Origin: a virus
Taxonomy: Duplodnaviria > Caudoviricetes
IMG/VR virus record: IMGVR_UViG_3300010167_000010
Location: 32,001-96,000 of that record
Direction: 5' to 3' (one strand)
Length of the DNA: 64,000 nt
Shown: piece by piece, positions 45,638 to 55,379 of the stretch
Layout: every line of letters starts with the position of its first letter
Numbering within the stretch: the first letter of the stretch is position 1
Notes under the pieces: generated by a model
The model's database searches: none
Seen by the model: the letters and a program-made list of their open reading frames with translations, nothing else
Told to the model about the DNA's origin: nothing
Made by a program: the position numbers and the translations under genes

Positions 45638-46528
45638 ATGAAAAAAACAGCAGTAATGATATTAGGTGGTAATGGCCCAAAATCTAAAATGTATAATTCA
45701 GATTTTCCAACTTTCCAAACTAATGAAAAACAAGATATGTATATATTTTATCCTGCGGGAAAATATCCTGATTGGAAATTAGACCCATCAATTGGAACTT
45801 TAATTGATGATAATGGTCCATTTAAAACACCAGTAGTTCCAACTATTAGAAATAATATGATAGAGTTTGTAAATAAAAAGGGCTATGAAATATTATGGAT
45901 AGTAGATGATGATATAACTAATTTTTATCGTTTTCATGAAAAACAATCAGACGATCAACCTTTACAAAAAGATAAAAAAACACCACTACCAGATGTTGAA
46001 GAATTATTTGGTGGGATTATTGGAGCTAACTTTAAACGATTTAAATTAAAGACTGGAAAAAAATATTCTAATCAAATACCTTATTCTTGTATGTACCTAA
46101 ATTTAAAAATGTATAAAGAAAAAGGAATAAACCCTTTGTTTGAAATAGGTGTAGCAACTTGGGATGACTTTGATTTTGCTTTACAAATGAGACAAAAAGG
46201 ATTTTTACCACAAACATTTAATCAATATGCTATTATAAAAACTGGAACTCAAGATAGTGAAACTGTTGGAAAAAGTATTGCTGCTTCTGGAATAGATAAA
46301 GTAAATAAATTGGGATTTGAATTATATAAAAAATGGGGACATGCTAATACAGCTGTAAAGTTAAAAGTAAATATTATTGATGTTGCTCCAGCTCTTTGTA
46401 AATCTTTTCAACCAAAGTTTTGGACATATAGAATTGATACATATGAAAATTGGAAAGAAGACGTATTAAAAGATTCTAAAAATTTACGAAAATCTGAAAA
46501 GGCTAAAAAAGAAGGATTACATGTTTAA
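45638..46528 (+). CDS. GT-A fold glycosyltransferase (TET-associated/TAGT-like)
   Basis: RN.M, WIVDDDI..F, WDDFDFALQ, LYKKWG. Confidence 0.65.
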   Translation: MKKTAVMILGGNGPKSKMYNSDFPTFQTNEKQDMYIFYPAGKYPDWKLDPSIGTLIDDNGPFKTPVVPTIRNNMIEFVNKKGYEILWIVDDDITNFYRFHEKQSDDQPLQKDKKTPLPDVEELFGGIIGANFKRFKLKTGKKYSNQIPYSCMYLNLKMYKEKGINPLFEIGVATWDDFDFALQMRQKGFLPQTFNQYAIIKTGTQDSETVGKSIAASGIDKVNKLGFELYKKWGHANTAVKLKVNIIDVAPALCKSFQPKFWTYRIDTYENWKEDVLKDSKNLRKSEKAKKEGLHV

Positions 46529-47213
46529 GTTTGGCGAAAATAAATCGTTACAACTATTTAATATTTTAAAAGATAAAAAAACAGGATTACTTTATAGAGA
46601 AAATAGTTCTGACGAAATTACTCTTAAAGACGTTAAATCTGAATATAAAAAATTATATCCTTTTTGTAAAGATAAAACTATTTTAGATATGGGCGCTAAT
46701 ATTGGAATATTTACTCATTATGCTTTAGAAAATGGTGCAAAAAAAGTTATTTGCTATGAACCTGAAGAAATAAATTATTCTATATTACTTAATCAAAATT
46801 TTAAACAAGTAGAATTACATAATGTAGCTATTACTCAATCAGATAGTTTTATAATGTTATATAGCACACCAATTAAAGAAGGAAAAAAAATATCTACAGA
46901 TAATCATTCTATAAAACAAATAAGAGGAAGAACTGCAAAACAAGTTGAATCTTTAAATTTTAGAAAACAATTAGATTTGCATCAACCTGATATATTAAAA
47001 GTAGATATTGAAGGTGCTGAGTTTATTCTTGATTTTAAAAATTTACCAGAATGTATAAAATATATTGCTATAGAAATTCATTATCAACTTGATGAAATTT
47101 GTTCTGATAAATTATTAGAAGTTTTAAGAGACCAATTTAATGAATTAGATTTTAAAATGAAAAATATGTTTAAGAAAAAGTTTGCAGCTGTTTTTATAGG
47201 AGAAAGAAAATGA
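46521..47213 (+). CDS. FkbM-family SAM methyltransferase
   Basis: LDMGANIG, YEP, LKVDIEGAE, IEIH. Confidence 0.88.
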   Translation: MFKFGENKSLQLFNILKDKKTGLLYRENSSDEITLKDVKSEYKKLYPFCKDKTILDMGANIGIFTHYALENGAKKVICYEPEEINYSILLNQNFKQVELHNVAITQSDSFIMLYSTPIKEGKKISTDNHSIKQIRGRTAKQVESLNFRKQLDLHQPDILKVDIEGAEFILDFKNLPECIKYIAIEIHYQLDEICSDKLLEVLRDQFNELDFKMKNMFKKKFAAVFIGERK

Positions 47214-48010
47214 AATATTTAATAGCTATTGCGGCAAGAAGTTCTACTTTTCTACACCCCAAACATCCTAATATTATTTATTTTATGGATGATGATCAAA
47301 CAGACCATTATAAAGATGTAAATCATATTGCTTATCCAAGAGCACATTTACAAGCTAAAAGAAACTTTGTTTTAGACTATGCACGATCTAATAATATAGA
47401 ACATTTAATAGTTTGTGATGATGATGTAGATTATTTCAGAACACCAGAAAAGAAAAAAATAGATTTTATTTCTGGTTGTGAAGAAATGATTAAAATAGCT
47501 AAAGAAGAAAAGTTAACTGGAATGATGTTAACACAAGATGTATTTATTCATTGGAAAAAAGATGCTGAAAAATTTACAAATTGTACAAAATTGGCTTGGT
47601 GTTCTTATTTAAATGTAAAACAAACTCCAGCTAATATTAGATATGATGAAACTCCTAAAACATTCGAAGATGTTGACATGGCCTTACAATTAATGCATGC
47701 TAATCAATCATTAAAGACTTATAATTGGTTATCAGCTCACATGATATCACATAAATCTACTTGTTTTGATCCAGAAAATTATGCAAAAGGTTTTCTTGAA
47801 TATATGTGTAGACTTTATATTAAATGGGGTGATGTAGTAAGTATACATCAACAAAAAAGATTTCCTAAATCACCATACGGATTTAGATTAAAATTAGATA
47901 AATTTCATAAATGGACTAAAAAAGAATTAGCTCAAGCAATATTAGATAATTATACTGAAGAAAATGTAAATAAGTTTTTTGATAAAAAATACGTCTTTGG
48001 TCAAGTTTAA
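47210..48010 (+). CDS. GT-A fold glycosyltransferase (TAGT-like), second paralog
   Basis: KRNFVLD, VCDDDV..F, FEDVDMALQ, LYIKWG. Confidence 0.7.
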   Translation: MKYLIAIAARSSTFLHPKHPNIIYFMDDDQTDHYKDVNHIAYPRAHLQAKRNFVLDYARSNNIEHLIVCDDDVDYFRTPEKKKIDFISGCEEMIKIAKEEKLTGMMLTQDVFIHWKKDAEKFTNCTKLAWCSYLNVKQTPANIRYDETPKTFEDVDMALQLMHANQSLKTYNWLSAHMISHKSTCFDPENYAKGFLEYMCRLYIKWGDVVSIHQQKRFPKSPYGFRLKLDKFHKWTKKELAQAILDNYTEENVNKFFDKKYVFGQV

Positions 48011-48110
48011 TTACTAATTAGGATAATGCTAAAAAATATATTAAAGATTACTCTTTCAATAATAATTACGATTATAATTCTTTTTATTTATTCAATTTTT
48101 ATGTTACGAT

Positions 48111-48692
48111 TTATTTAGCATCAATAACTTCAACATTAGATAAGTTTAAATTTCTGGCTGCCTTTAAGTTTTTATCATCATCATCAATAAATACTACATT
48201 ATCGTACATATCAGCAATCATTTTTATAATTTTAGCTTTTCTTTCAAAATCTTTTAATCCATCTAACACTTCACAATATTTTTCATCCCCAACGGCATAA
48301 GATAATGATTTTTTAAAATTATTTTTTATATCTTGAAGTCTCCCATCTTTATCTCTAAATTTTAAAAATGACATCATTGCGTCTTTAATAACATCTTCGC
48401 ATCCCCTTGCTGTTAAAAAAGCACAATCATATCCCTTATTGATATAATTATCTATAATTTTAAGATTACTTAATAATGGTGTTCCATTCATTATAGAGCG
48501 TCTAACTATATCTGGATCATTAAATTCCCAATAATCGTATGTAATTCCAGGTTTTCCCTTGTCTGAATCATTTGCAAATTCTTCTGTAGATAATCGTTCT
48601 TTTTCTCCGTCTTTAAACTTCCAAATACCAATATCTTCTACCTTAGATTTAAGTATTGTATCGTCTATGTCGAAAAGAACTATACTGTTCAC
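48111..48692 (-). CDS. HAD-superfamily phosphatase
   Basis: FDIDDT, LTAR, K, FIDDD..NL. Confidence 0.85.
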   Translation of the reverse strand: MNSIVLFDIDDTILKSKVEDIGIWKFKDGEKERLSTEEFANDSDKGKPGITYDYWEFNDPDIVRRSIMNGTPLLSNLKIIDNYINKGYDCAFLTARGCEDVIKDAMMSFLKFRDKDGRLQDIKNNFKKSLSYAVGDEKYCEVLDGLKDFERKAKIIKMIADMYDNVVFIDDDDKNLKAARNLNLSNVEVIDAK

Positions 48693-49099
48693 GTTATCAT
48701 ACCTTTATTTAAACTATTTTTATCTGTTTGATTTATATGATTTATTACCCATTCAATTAAAAAGAATACGACATCGTCTAAACTAAAATTAATTTCAGAC
48801 GTTTCTATAATACCACCAATTTTTTTAATAAATGTAGAGTGTTCATATCTATGTTGGTCTAAAAATCTTTTATTTATGTTATTTAATTCCATTATATTTT
48901 CTTCAGTAGAAAAATGTTCAATTATATAATTTGTAATTTCATCTTTTACTGAATTAAAATACTTAAGTTCTTTTTTATGATCTAAATCTATATTATTTGT
49001 TAAATCATTGATGAAATTTATTAGACCTTTATGCTGATTATCTACGATGTCTAAACCTGTAGCCAGTTCTTCTGACCACTCTAAAACTTGTGATTTCAT
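48689..49099 (-). CDS. Bacteriohemerythrin
   Basis: W..ELATG...D.QH, HF..EE, H..EH, W..NHI...D iron ligands. Confidence 0.9.
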   Translation of the reverse strand: MKSQVLEWSEELATGLDIVDNQHKGLINFINDLTNNIDLDHKKELKYFNSVKDEITNYIIEHFSTEENIMELNNINKRFLDQHRYEHSTFIKKIGGIIETSEINFSLDDVVFFLIEWVINHINQTDKNSLNKGMIT

Positions 49100-49135
49100 A
49101 ATAATTAGTTACAATAAGAGTTATTACTAAATAAT

Positions 49136-50866
49136 ATGAGTGATTTATTAGATTATGTAAAACGTATTGAAAATAACGAAGAAACAGGTGTCGGTTTAGA
49201 TGATTTTGCTCCCCTTCCAGGAGCAAGTGATTATGACGAAAATAAAGATCCAGAAATGCAAGATCTTATTGAAAGTTTACAAGAAGCTAGAATGTCTAGA
49301 CCACAAGCTATCGAAGCATATTTAAGTTCAACTGAAGAACCAACATATAAAGATTTTATGAAATCACAATTTGCTCATCCAAAAATGACTGCAGACCAAT
49401 TTGCAAAAGATGTAGCTTATTTAAGAAAAAGAGGGGTTGGTGTTGGTACTGGAGTTAGATTAAAATCTACTGGTGGAACAGGTTATGCTGATGAAGCTGG
49501 AGCTATTCATAGAAAAGATCCTAAAAAAAGGCCGGGCCCTTACGATGAAGAAAAACCGGAAGTTTATGAGGGTGGGGAATATGCTAAAAAGGTAGCATCA
49601 TTAACACAACAATTTGGAACTGCATCATTAGATCTAACTTCAAAAGAAATATTTGATGAAATTACTTCAACTGTCAAAAGTATAATTGGAAAAGATCCAT
49701 TACCAAAAAGAAGACATATTATTATATATGGTGATCCTGGAATTGGAAAAACCTATGAAGTTACAAAAGCTTGTAAAGAACACAAGCATTCTAAATATAA
49801 GTTTGTAGAAATAATGGGTTCTGGATTAAATGATACTATTAAAGCAGTAGTTCCTTTTATGTTTATAAATTCTCAAGATTGTGTTATTTTATTAGACGAT
49901 TGTGATAAGATGTTAAAACAAGAAGCTAGAGAAGAAGTTTTATTATTCTTAAAAGGTATCATGGCTGAAGATGCTGATGAAAGACCAACAAGTTATCCAG
50001 TACATAGAAAAGATGAAATGGAAAGAGAAGTAGAAAAACGAAGAGGTGCAATAGCTTCTAAACAAGAGGGTTGTACAATTTCTATAGATTTACCAGCATT
50101 AAAAGAAAATAAATTTATATTAAAAATTGATAATGAAATAATTATAGATAAACATATTTCTCTTAGAGAAGCACAAGAATGGCAAAATAAAATTAGACCT
50201 TTAAAAAGAGAAGAAACAAAATACGAAAATATTTATTCAAGATCTTTAAGAGATTTTAAAAGACTAGATGAGGGGAATACAGTAAAAGATTTCTTAAATG
50301 ATTACGGAGCTGATCCTAATAAAGATAAAAAAGATTCAAGAAGAGATGACGAAGATGACAATGATATAATTGAAAGTGATGGTTCTATGCCAGAAAGCTT
50401 TACTTTTAATTCTTCAATTATATTTGTTTCTAATTTAGAAATGGAACATATAAATTCAGCACTCTTAACTAGAGTAAGTGCTAAAGGTGTTAAACTTTCT
50501 ATGTTACAATTCTTAGATAGATTAGGTGCAATTTATGGTGGATTAGCTAAAGGCGGAAATCCAGAAATAAGAGAATGGTCTAAAAAATGCGTTTTTACTC
50601 TTATTGGTATTTTGATTGAAGCTTGGAGAGCAAATGTTCCAATATTCGGTTCACCTGTAGAAATAAATAGAAAATTAACTTTTAGAATGTTTAACGAATT
50701 TGTTGATGATTGGGAAAGATATGCTGATGATGAATGTAGAAATACTTTTAAGAAAGATTTAGATCCTAGAAATAAAGATTTCTTAGATAAATTATCTGAG
50801 CATTTAATTCCAATTATGTTAAAGAGAAAATGTATTCCTTGGTTAAAAACTGTTGAAAGAATTTAA
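49136..50866 (+). CDS. AAA-family ATPase
   Basis: GDPGIGKT Walker A, LLDDCD Walker B, IFVSN sensor, ALLTR. Confidence 0.75.
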   Translation: MSDLLDYVKRIENNEETGVGLDDFAPLPGASDYDENKDPEMQDLIESLQEARMSRPQAIEAYLSSTEEPTYKDFMKSQFAHPKMTADQFAKDVAYLRKRGVGVGTGVRLKSTGGTGYADEAGAIHRKDPKKRPGPYDEEKPEVYEGGEYAKKVASLTQQFGTASLDLTSKEIFDEITSTVKSIIGKDPLPKRRHIIIYGDPGIGKTYEVTKACKEHKHSKYKFVEIMGSGLNDTIKAVVPFMFINSQDCVILLDDCDKMLKQEAREEVLLFLKGIMAEDADERPTSYPVHRKDEMEREVEKRRGAIASKQEGCTISIDLPALKENKFILKIDNEIIIDKHISLREAQEWQNKIRPLKREETKYENIYSRSLRDFKRLDEGNTVKDFLNDYGADPNKDKKDSRRDDEDDNDIIESDGSMPESFTFNSSIIFVSNLEMEHINSALLTRVSAKGVKLSMLQFLDRLGAIYGGLAKGGNPEIREWSKKCVFTLIGILIEAWRANVPIFGSPVEINRKLTFRMFNEFVDDWERYADDECRNTFKKDLDPRNKDFLDKLSEHLIPIMLKRKCIPWLKTVERI

Positions 50867-50892
50867 ATTAAGTTAATTTAAACTCATTAAAT

Positions 50893-52200
50893 ATGAAGAA
50901 GAGTAATCTCAAATGGGCTGTTATTCAGCCTTTAACTGGCGGCGTTTATTTTGCTGCTGAACAATCTTTTGGTAAATCGGCTGAATGGATTTTATCATAT
51001 CCTGGATTAGAAAAAGAATATTTTAATAAAGACGGTAAATGTATCAATATGGGTAATGAAAGACATTTACTCAAATATCTAGAAAAGAATAATAATTTAC
51101 CACCATATACACAATTTGATCATGATATGTTTGATGATAGAAACGGAAAAATTATTCATATAAAAAATAATGAAGAATATGGAAATAAAAAATTTAAAGA
51201 AGACGACATCATAAAAAATGAAATAGATTTAATTTGTGCTGTTCCTGTTTGTTCAGGTTTGAGCGCTGCTAATACTCAGGATCATGGAAAAAAAGATAGT
51301 ATTAAAAATAATAATATGAAATTTATTACTGAGTTTACTTTAACATCAATTCAGCCAAAAGTATTTATATTTGAAAATGCACCTAATCTTTTTACTAATG
51401 TTGGTATTGAAGTTAGAGATTATCTTAATAATGTTGCTTTAGATAGAGGTTATTCAGTTTCTTATATAAAAACAGATACTAGATTACATAAAAATGTTCA
51501 AAAAAGAATTAGAACATTTGTTATATTTTGGAAATGGTTAGATAATAAACCAACTCCTCCGCCAATGATTGGTTATGAAAATGCTCCTTTTGATACTGTT
51601 CAAGAATACTTAAATTTAATTCCAAAAAATGCTACACAACAAGATATAATATTAAATGAAGTAAATAAAGATAGAGAATATAATTTTATTAAAAAACATT
51701 TTGGTAAAAATTGGCGAAAAGAAGTCGGAAGACAAAGATTAAAAAGTTTTATTATATCGAGAGGACTAGAAAATGATTTCTATCAATTTCATAAAGACGA
51801 TAAATTAAAAGCTCATTATAAATATTGTAAACATAAACTAGATATTCAAAAAGGTTATTTTGATAGATCACATTTTGTAATGGGTAACGATTATATGCCA
51901 ACTGTTTATCATGGAAATACTTGGTCAGCAATACACCCGACAGAAGATAGGTGTCTAAACTTTAGAGAATATATTCATGCTATGGGTTTACCGCACGATT
52001 TTGAATATTTGCATAATAAACATACTTTTGGTTCTGTTATTGGTCAAAATGTTCCAGTAAATACTTTTAAATTTTGGATTGATGAATGTAGGTATATAAT
52101 TGAAGATTGGGATAATAGAAGAAAAAAAGCTCCAATAGGAGTAAATAGAACTAATGTTTATTTTCATGATAATATTCATCAACGCGGAGAATATAAATGA
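50893..52200 (+). CDS. C5-cytosine DNA methyltransferase-like protein
   Basis: PVCSGLS, FENAP, Q.R.RTF, R.L..RE...MG.P.DF, GQNVP; atypical motif I (QPLTGG). Confidence 0.75.
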   Translation: MKKSNLKWAVIQPLTGGVYFAAEQSFGKSAEWILSYPGLEKEYFNKDGKCINMGNERHLLKYLEKNNNLPPYTQFDHDMFDDRNGKIIHIKNNEEYGNKKFKEDDIIKNEIDLICAVPVCSGLSAANTQDHGKKDSIKNNNMKFITEFTLTSIQPKVFIFENAPNLFTNVGIEVRDYLNNVALDRGYSVSYIKTDTRLHKNVQKRIRTFVIFWKWLDNKPTPPPMIGYENAPFDTVQEYLNLIPKNATQQDIILNEVNKDREYNFIKKHFGKNWRKEVGRQRLKSFIISRGLENDFYQFHKDDKLKAHYKYCKHKLDIQKGYFDRSHFVMGNDYMPTVYHGNTWSAIHPTEDRCLNFREYIHAMGLPHDFEYLHNKHTFGSVIGQNVPVNTFKFWIDECRYIIEDWDNRRKKAPIGVNRTNVYFHDNIHQRGEYK

Positions 52201-52751
52201 GCGATGACTTAAAGGTTCCCCCAGAGCCTAATTTCCCAATACCTAAAATTATAAATCCAATAAATTTTACTGAAGATAGATTTTCACAATTTATGTTTAT
52301 AGTTTATTATACTAACCCAACTAGAGATTCTGTAAGACTTATTTTAGATGATGGTAGTATTAAAGTTTGGATTAAACGAGATAAATTTTTAAAACTTATG
52401 AGTGATATTTTAAATGAAACTTTATTATACGAATGTCAAGTTACTTTATATAGAATTAAAGAATCTTTAAGTTCTTATGGTAAAATATATTATTATAACA
52501 GAGTTAGAAATCATTTTGAAGAACTTATGGAAGTAGCTGATTTTGAAAAAATTAGGCCGCAAGAATTATTAGAAGAATCTAGAAAACCGTTAGAACAAAA
52601 AACTATGCAAGATAATTTTAATAAAGTAAATAAACAATATAATGAAGAAATATTAAATAAAATATCTTTCTCACCACCTGAAAAATTATTTAATAAAGTT
52701 GTATCTGTTATAACTAAAGACTTTGCTAAAAGAAAAAAGAAAACACTTTAA
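52197..52751 (+). CDS. Hypothetical protein
   Basis: Coupled ORF. Confidence 0.55.
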   Translation: MSDDLKVPPEPNFPIPKIINPINFTEDRFSQFMFIVYYTNPTRDSVRLILDDGSIKVWIKRDKFLKLMSDILNETLLYECQVTLYRIKESLSSYGKIYYYNRVRNHFEELMEVADFEKIRPQELLEESRKPLEQKTMQDNFNKVNKQYNEEILNKISFSPPEKLFNKVVSVITKDFAKRKKKTL

Positions 52752-53389
52752 CATTTCATTCCGACAATATAATTATTTTCTAATTTAACTACTGTTGTTT
52801 TTCCCTCTTTAACTATATCAGATAATTTTTTCATTGTCATTAATTGTTCTTCACTCATATCTTTTAAACAATCTTCAGTAAGTTTTTCTATTTCACTTTC
52901 TGGGTGAGCCTTTTGAAAACCAGAAACTACTTTATTTCCTGAAACATAAAATAAAACAGTAGAACCAAATGAAACAAATAATGGTGTTAAAGCTAAATCA
53001 GCATCAAAAATAGAATTTAATCCAACAGCTAATAAATAAATAAAAAAAGACATTACCATAACTTGTTTAAGATGTCCTATTTTTTCTTCTGTAAAAGCAG
53101 TAGTTTGATTCCCATTTTTAAATGCGTCTACTGAAAAAGCTGCTCTATCTAAACCAACATAAGCAGCAGATATTGCAGCCCAAAAATTTGATATCATTTC
53201 CATCGGAAGATTAAATCTGGCATTAAATATAGTTAAAAACCAAGCCCATTCTCCATTGCCATTTAATTCGGCCATTAATTGGAGAAAGGGAATTAAACAT
53301 TGTAAAATAAGAGATCCAGCTACAAAAAATCCAAAAAAGAGAACATAAATTGATGCACCTTTTAATCGCTTTTTAAACGGATCACTCAT
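52748..53389 (-). CDS. Multi-pass membrane protein
   Basis: About four hydrophobic segments. Confidence 0.65.
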   Translation of the reverse strand: MSDPFKKRLKGASIYVLFFGFFVAGSLILQCLIPFLQLMAELNGNGEWAWFLTIFNARFNLPMEMISNFWAAISAAYVGLDRAAFSVDAFKNGNQTTAFTEEKIGHLKQVMVMSFFIYLLAVGLNSIFDADLALTPLFVSFGSTVLFYVSGNKVVSGFQKAHPESEIEKLTEDCLKDMSEEQLMTMKKLSDIVKEGKTTVVKLENNYIVGMKC

Positions 53390-54380
53390 AATATCTTACG
53401 GCAGTTTCTGGTAGCCACGCTCCATATAAAGGTTCTTCTAATTGTAAATTACGTCTAGTAATAAAATTTAATATATTATTAGCTGGGGTATATTGTAAAA
53501 AATTAGTAAATAAACCTGGTTTCTTTTTTAATAATTTTGCATCAACATCATTTCTCCAAGCTCTTTTACTTTTATCAGCAGGGCATTCTAATACATTTTC
53601 TTTTTTGAGATATAAAGTTTTTAATTTAAAATCTGTTTGCATAAATACAGCAACCTCTCTTATAGTTTGTGAACGACAAATCATTTGACATTCATTTTTA
53701 GGCGAACCGTCTGTAACTATAAGTGCTGGTAAAAAATATGCTTTACATTCTTTACATTGAACTCGAGTATCAGTAGCATATTGTTCAGCTCTAGATTTAA
53801 ATCTAGGATCTGGTGTTGGATTCATATAATAATTAAAAACATCTGAAAAAGAATGAATTGCATTACATTTTGGACATGGAGAATAATTTATAATTTCTAT
53901 ATTCGTATCTGGAATTTTAACATTTCCCATGTTTTCTTTTTCATTAATTGCTCGTATATCTGATAAAATATTTTCTGCTTTACTATTTCCAGCATTTGCA
54001 GAAGTAAAAAATCGACATACAGAAATATCGCTATCCATCATTCCATAAACTCTTTCTTCTACTTGATTTCGATATTTTAAAAATTTCAAAAAGTGGTCAG
54101 TATTTTCAAATCTATCAGCTTTAAATCCACCTTTAACTGAGTCTAATAACAATTGAATTTCAGCATCAGACAATACTTTTCCAGTATCTGGGTCTAACAT
54201 TGGTTTCCAATACCTTTGATATTCTTTAGGCCAGTTTACATAAGACATTTTTTCTTCGCCTTCCCACTCATATTCAATAGTTCGGCCTAAAGCAGCTCTT
54301 TGTAATGAGTCTGGTCCATCATAGACAGGAATCTCATTATTTTTCCAACCTGTGGTTGTAGATGATTGTCTTATTCTCAT
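53382..54380 (-). CDS. Hypothetical protein with zinc ribbon
   Basis: CPKC..CKEC; late motif upstream. Confidence 0.6.
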   Translation of the reverse strand: MRIRQSSTTTGWKNNEIPVYDGPDSLQRAALGRTIEYEWEGEEKMSYVNWPKEYQRYWKPMLDPDTGKVLSDAEIQLLLDSVKGGFKADRFENTDHFLKFLKYRNQVEERVYGMMDSDISVCRFFTSANAGNSKAENILSDIRAINEKENMGNVKIPDTNIEIINYSPCPKCNAIHSFSDVFNYYMNPTPDPRFKSRAEQYATDTRVQCKECKAYFLPALIVTDGSPKNECQMICRSQTIREVAVFMQTDFKLKTLYLKKENVLECPADKSKRAWRNDVDAKLLKKKPGLFTNFLQYTPANNILNFITRRNLQLEEPLYGAWLPETAVRYYE

Positions 54381-54487
54381 ATATAATTAGTTACCTAATA
54401 ATCATTATTGTAATCAAATTTCGATCTCGAAATCTCTTTCGTTTTTAAAGATAAATTTAAAAAGGAAACAAAATCAGAGATCACATT

Positions 54488-54519
54488 TTGAACAAAAATA
54501 GGTGTTAATCTTATATTAT
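54488..54519 (+). promoter_or_regulatory. Sigma70-like (early) promoter
   Basis: TTGAACA..TCTTATATTAT. Confidence 0.55.
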
Positions 54520-54550
54520 ATAAAGAATATCTTAAACTAAGGGGAAAAGT

Positions 54551-54931
54551 ATGTCTAAGAGAACTTTAATATGGTTGGCGATTGCACTGTTTTTTCTGAC
54601 TATGGCGATTGGAGTCGCACATGGCGAATGTTTTGATAGTGCTCATCGTGAACTACGGCATAACTTTAATTTTATCGATTCTTATGAAAGAGAAGCATTA
54701 TCTATTGATAATTATGCGACTATCATATTTAACGATAATACTGGAGTTGCTTTTTTAATAGAGCAAGACGACAGGGTAGTTAGAGTTACTGTATTTGCCA
54801 AAGCGGGTAATCCTGAGGCGATAGAATCTGCGTTATCTTTTAATGTAAGAGAATTAAACGGTGGAGTTAAGAATATTGTTTCAATTGGAATGGCTCCCAT
54901 GAGAGGAATTAGAATTCTAACGACAATTTAA
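54551..54931 (+). CDS. Exported protein
   Basis: Signal peptide MSKRTLIWLAIALFF..AHG. Confidence 0.65.
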   Translation: MSKRTLIWLAIALFFLTMAIGVAHGECFDSAHRELRHNFNFIDSYEREALSIDNYATIIFNDNTGVAFLIEQDDRVVRVTVFAKAGNPEAIESALSFNVRELNGGVKNIVSIGMAPMRGIRILTTI

Positions 54932-54951
54932 TTTTATTTTCTTTTCTTCTT

Positions 54952-54975
54952 AAGCTCCCGAAAGGGAGCTTTTTT
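54952..54975 (+). terminator. Rho-independent terminator
   Basis: AAGCTCCC-GAAA-GGGAGCTT plus T tract. Confidence 0.9.
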
Positions 54976-54991
54976 AGTTAATATAACAATA

Positions 54992-55357
54992 ATGAAAAAT
55001 ATAGAAAAATTATTTATATCAGATGCAGAACAAAAAGAATTGATTACTAAGATTTCTGCACTTTGTGGATTAAAACAAGATATTATAAAACAAGTTTGGA
55101 TGTATACTTTTTTTAATAGTTATCTTTCTCTTTTAGAACAAAAAGATAAAAATGTTAATGAAATTAAATTACCTTTTATTGGTAAAGTTATGTTACGATT
55201 TAATGAAGAAAATGCAGATTGTGAATCTTTTTTATGTTTGGACCATAACGTAAAAGAAATTATAAAAAATTTAAGAACTGGCAACGATACAGGCTTAGTA
55301 CAATTTTTTCAAGAAAATTTTATCAACAAAGTAATATCTAATATCGTAGAAGAATAA
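54992..55357 (+). CDS. Divergent HU/IHF-like DNA-binding protein
   Basis: KELI.KIS...GL...I..V, EIKLPFIGK. Confidence 0.45.
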   Translation: MKNIEKLFISDAEQKELITKISALCGLKQDIIKQVWMYTFFNSYLSLLEQKDKNVNEIKLPFIGKVMLRFNEENADCESFLCLDHNVKEIIKNLRTGNDTGLVQFFQENFINKVISNIVEE

Positions 55358-55379
55358 GATATTTATAAAAAGGAAAAAT

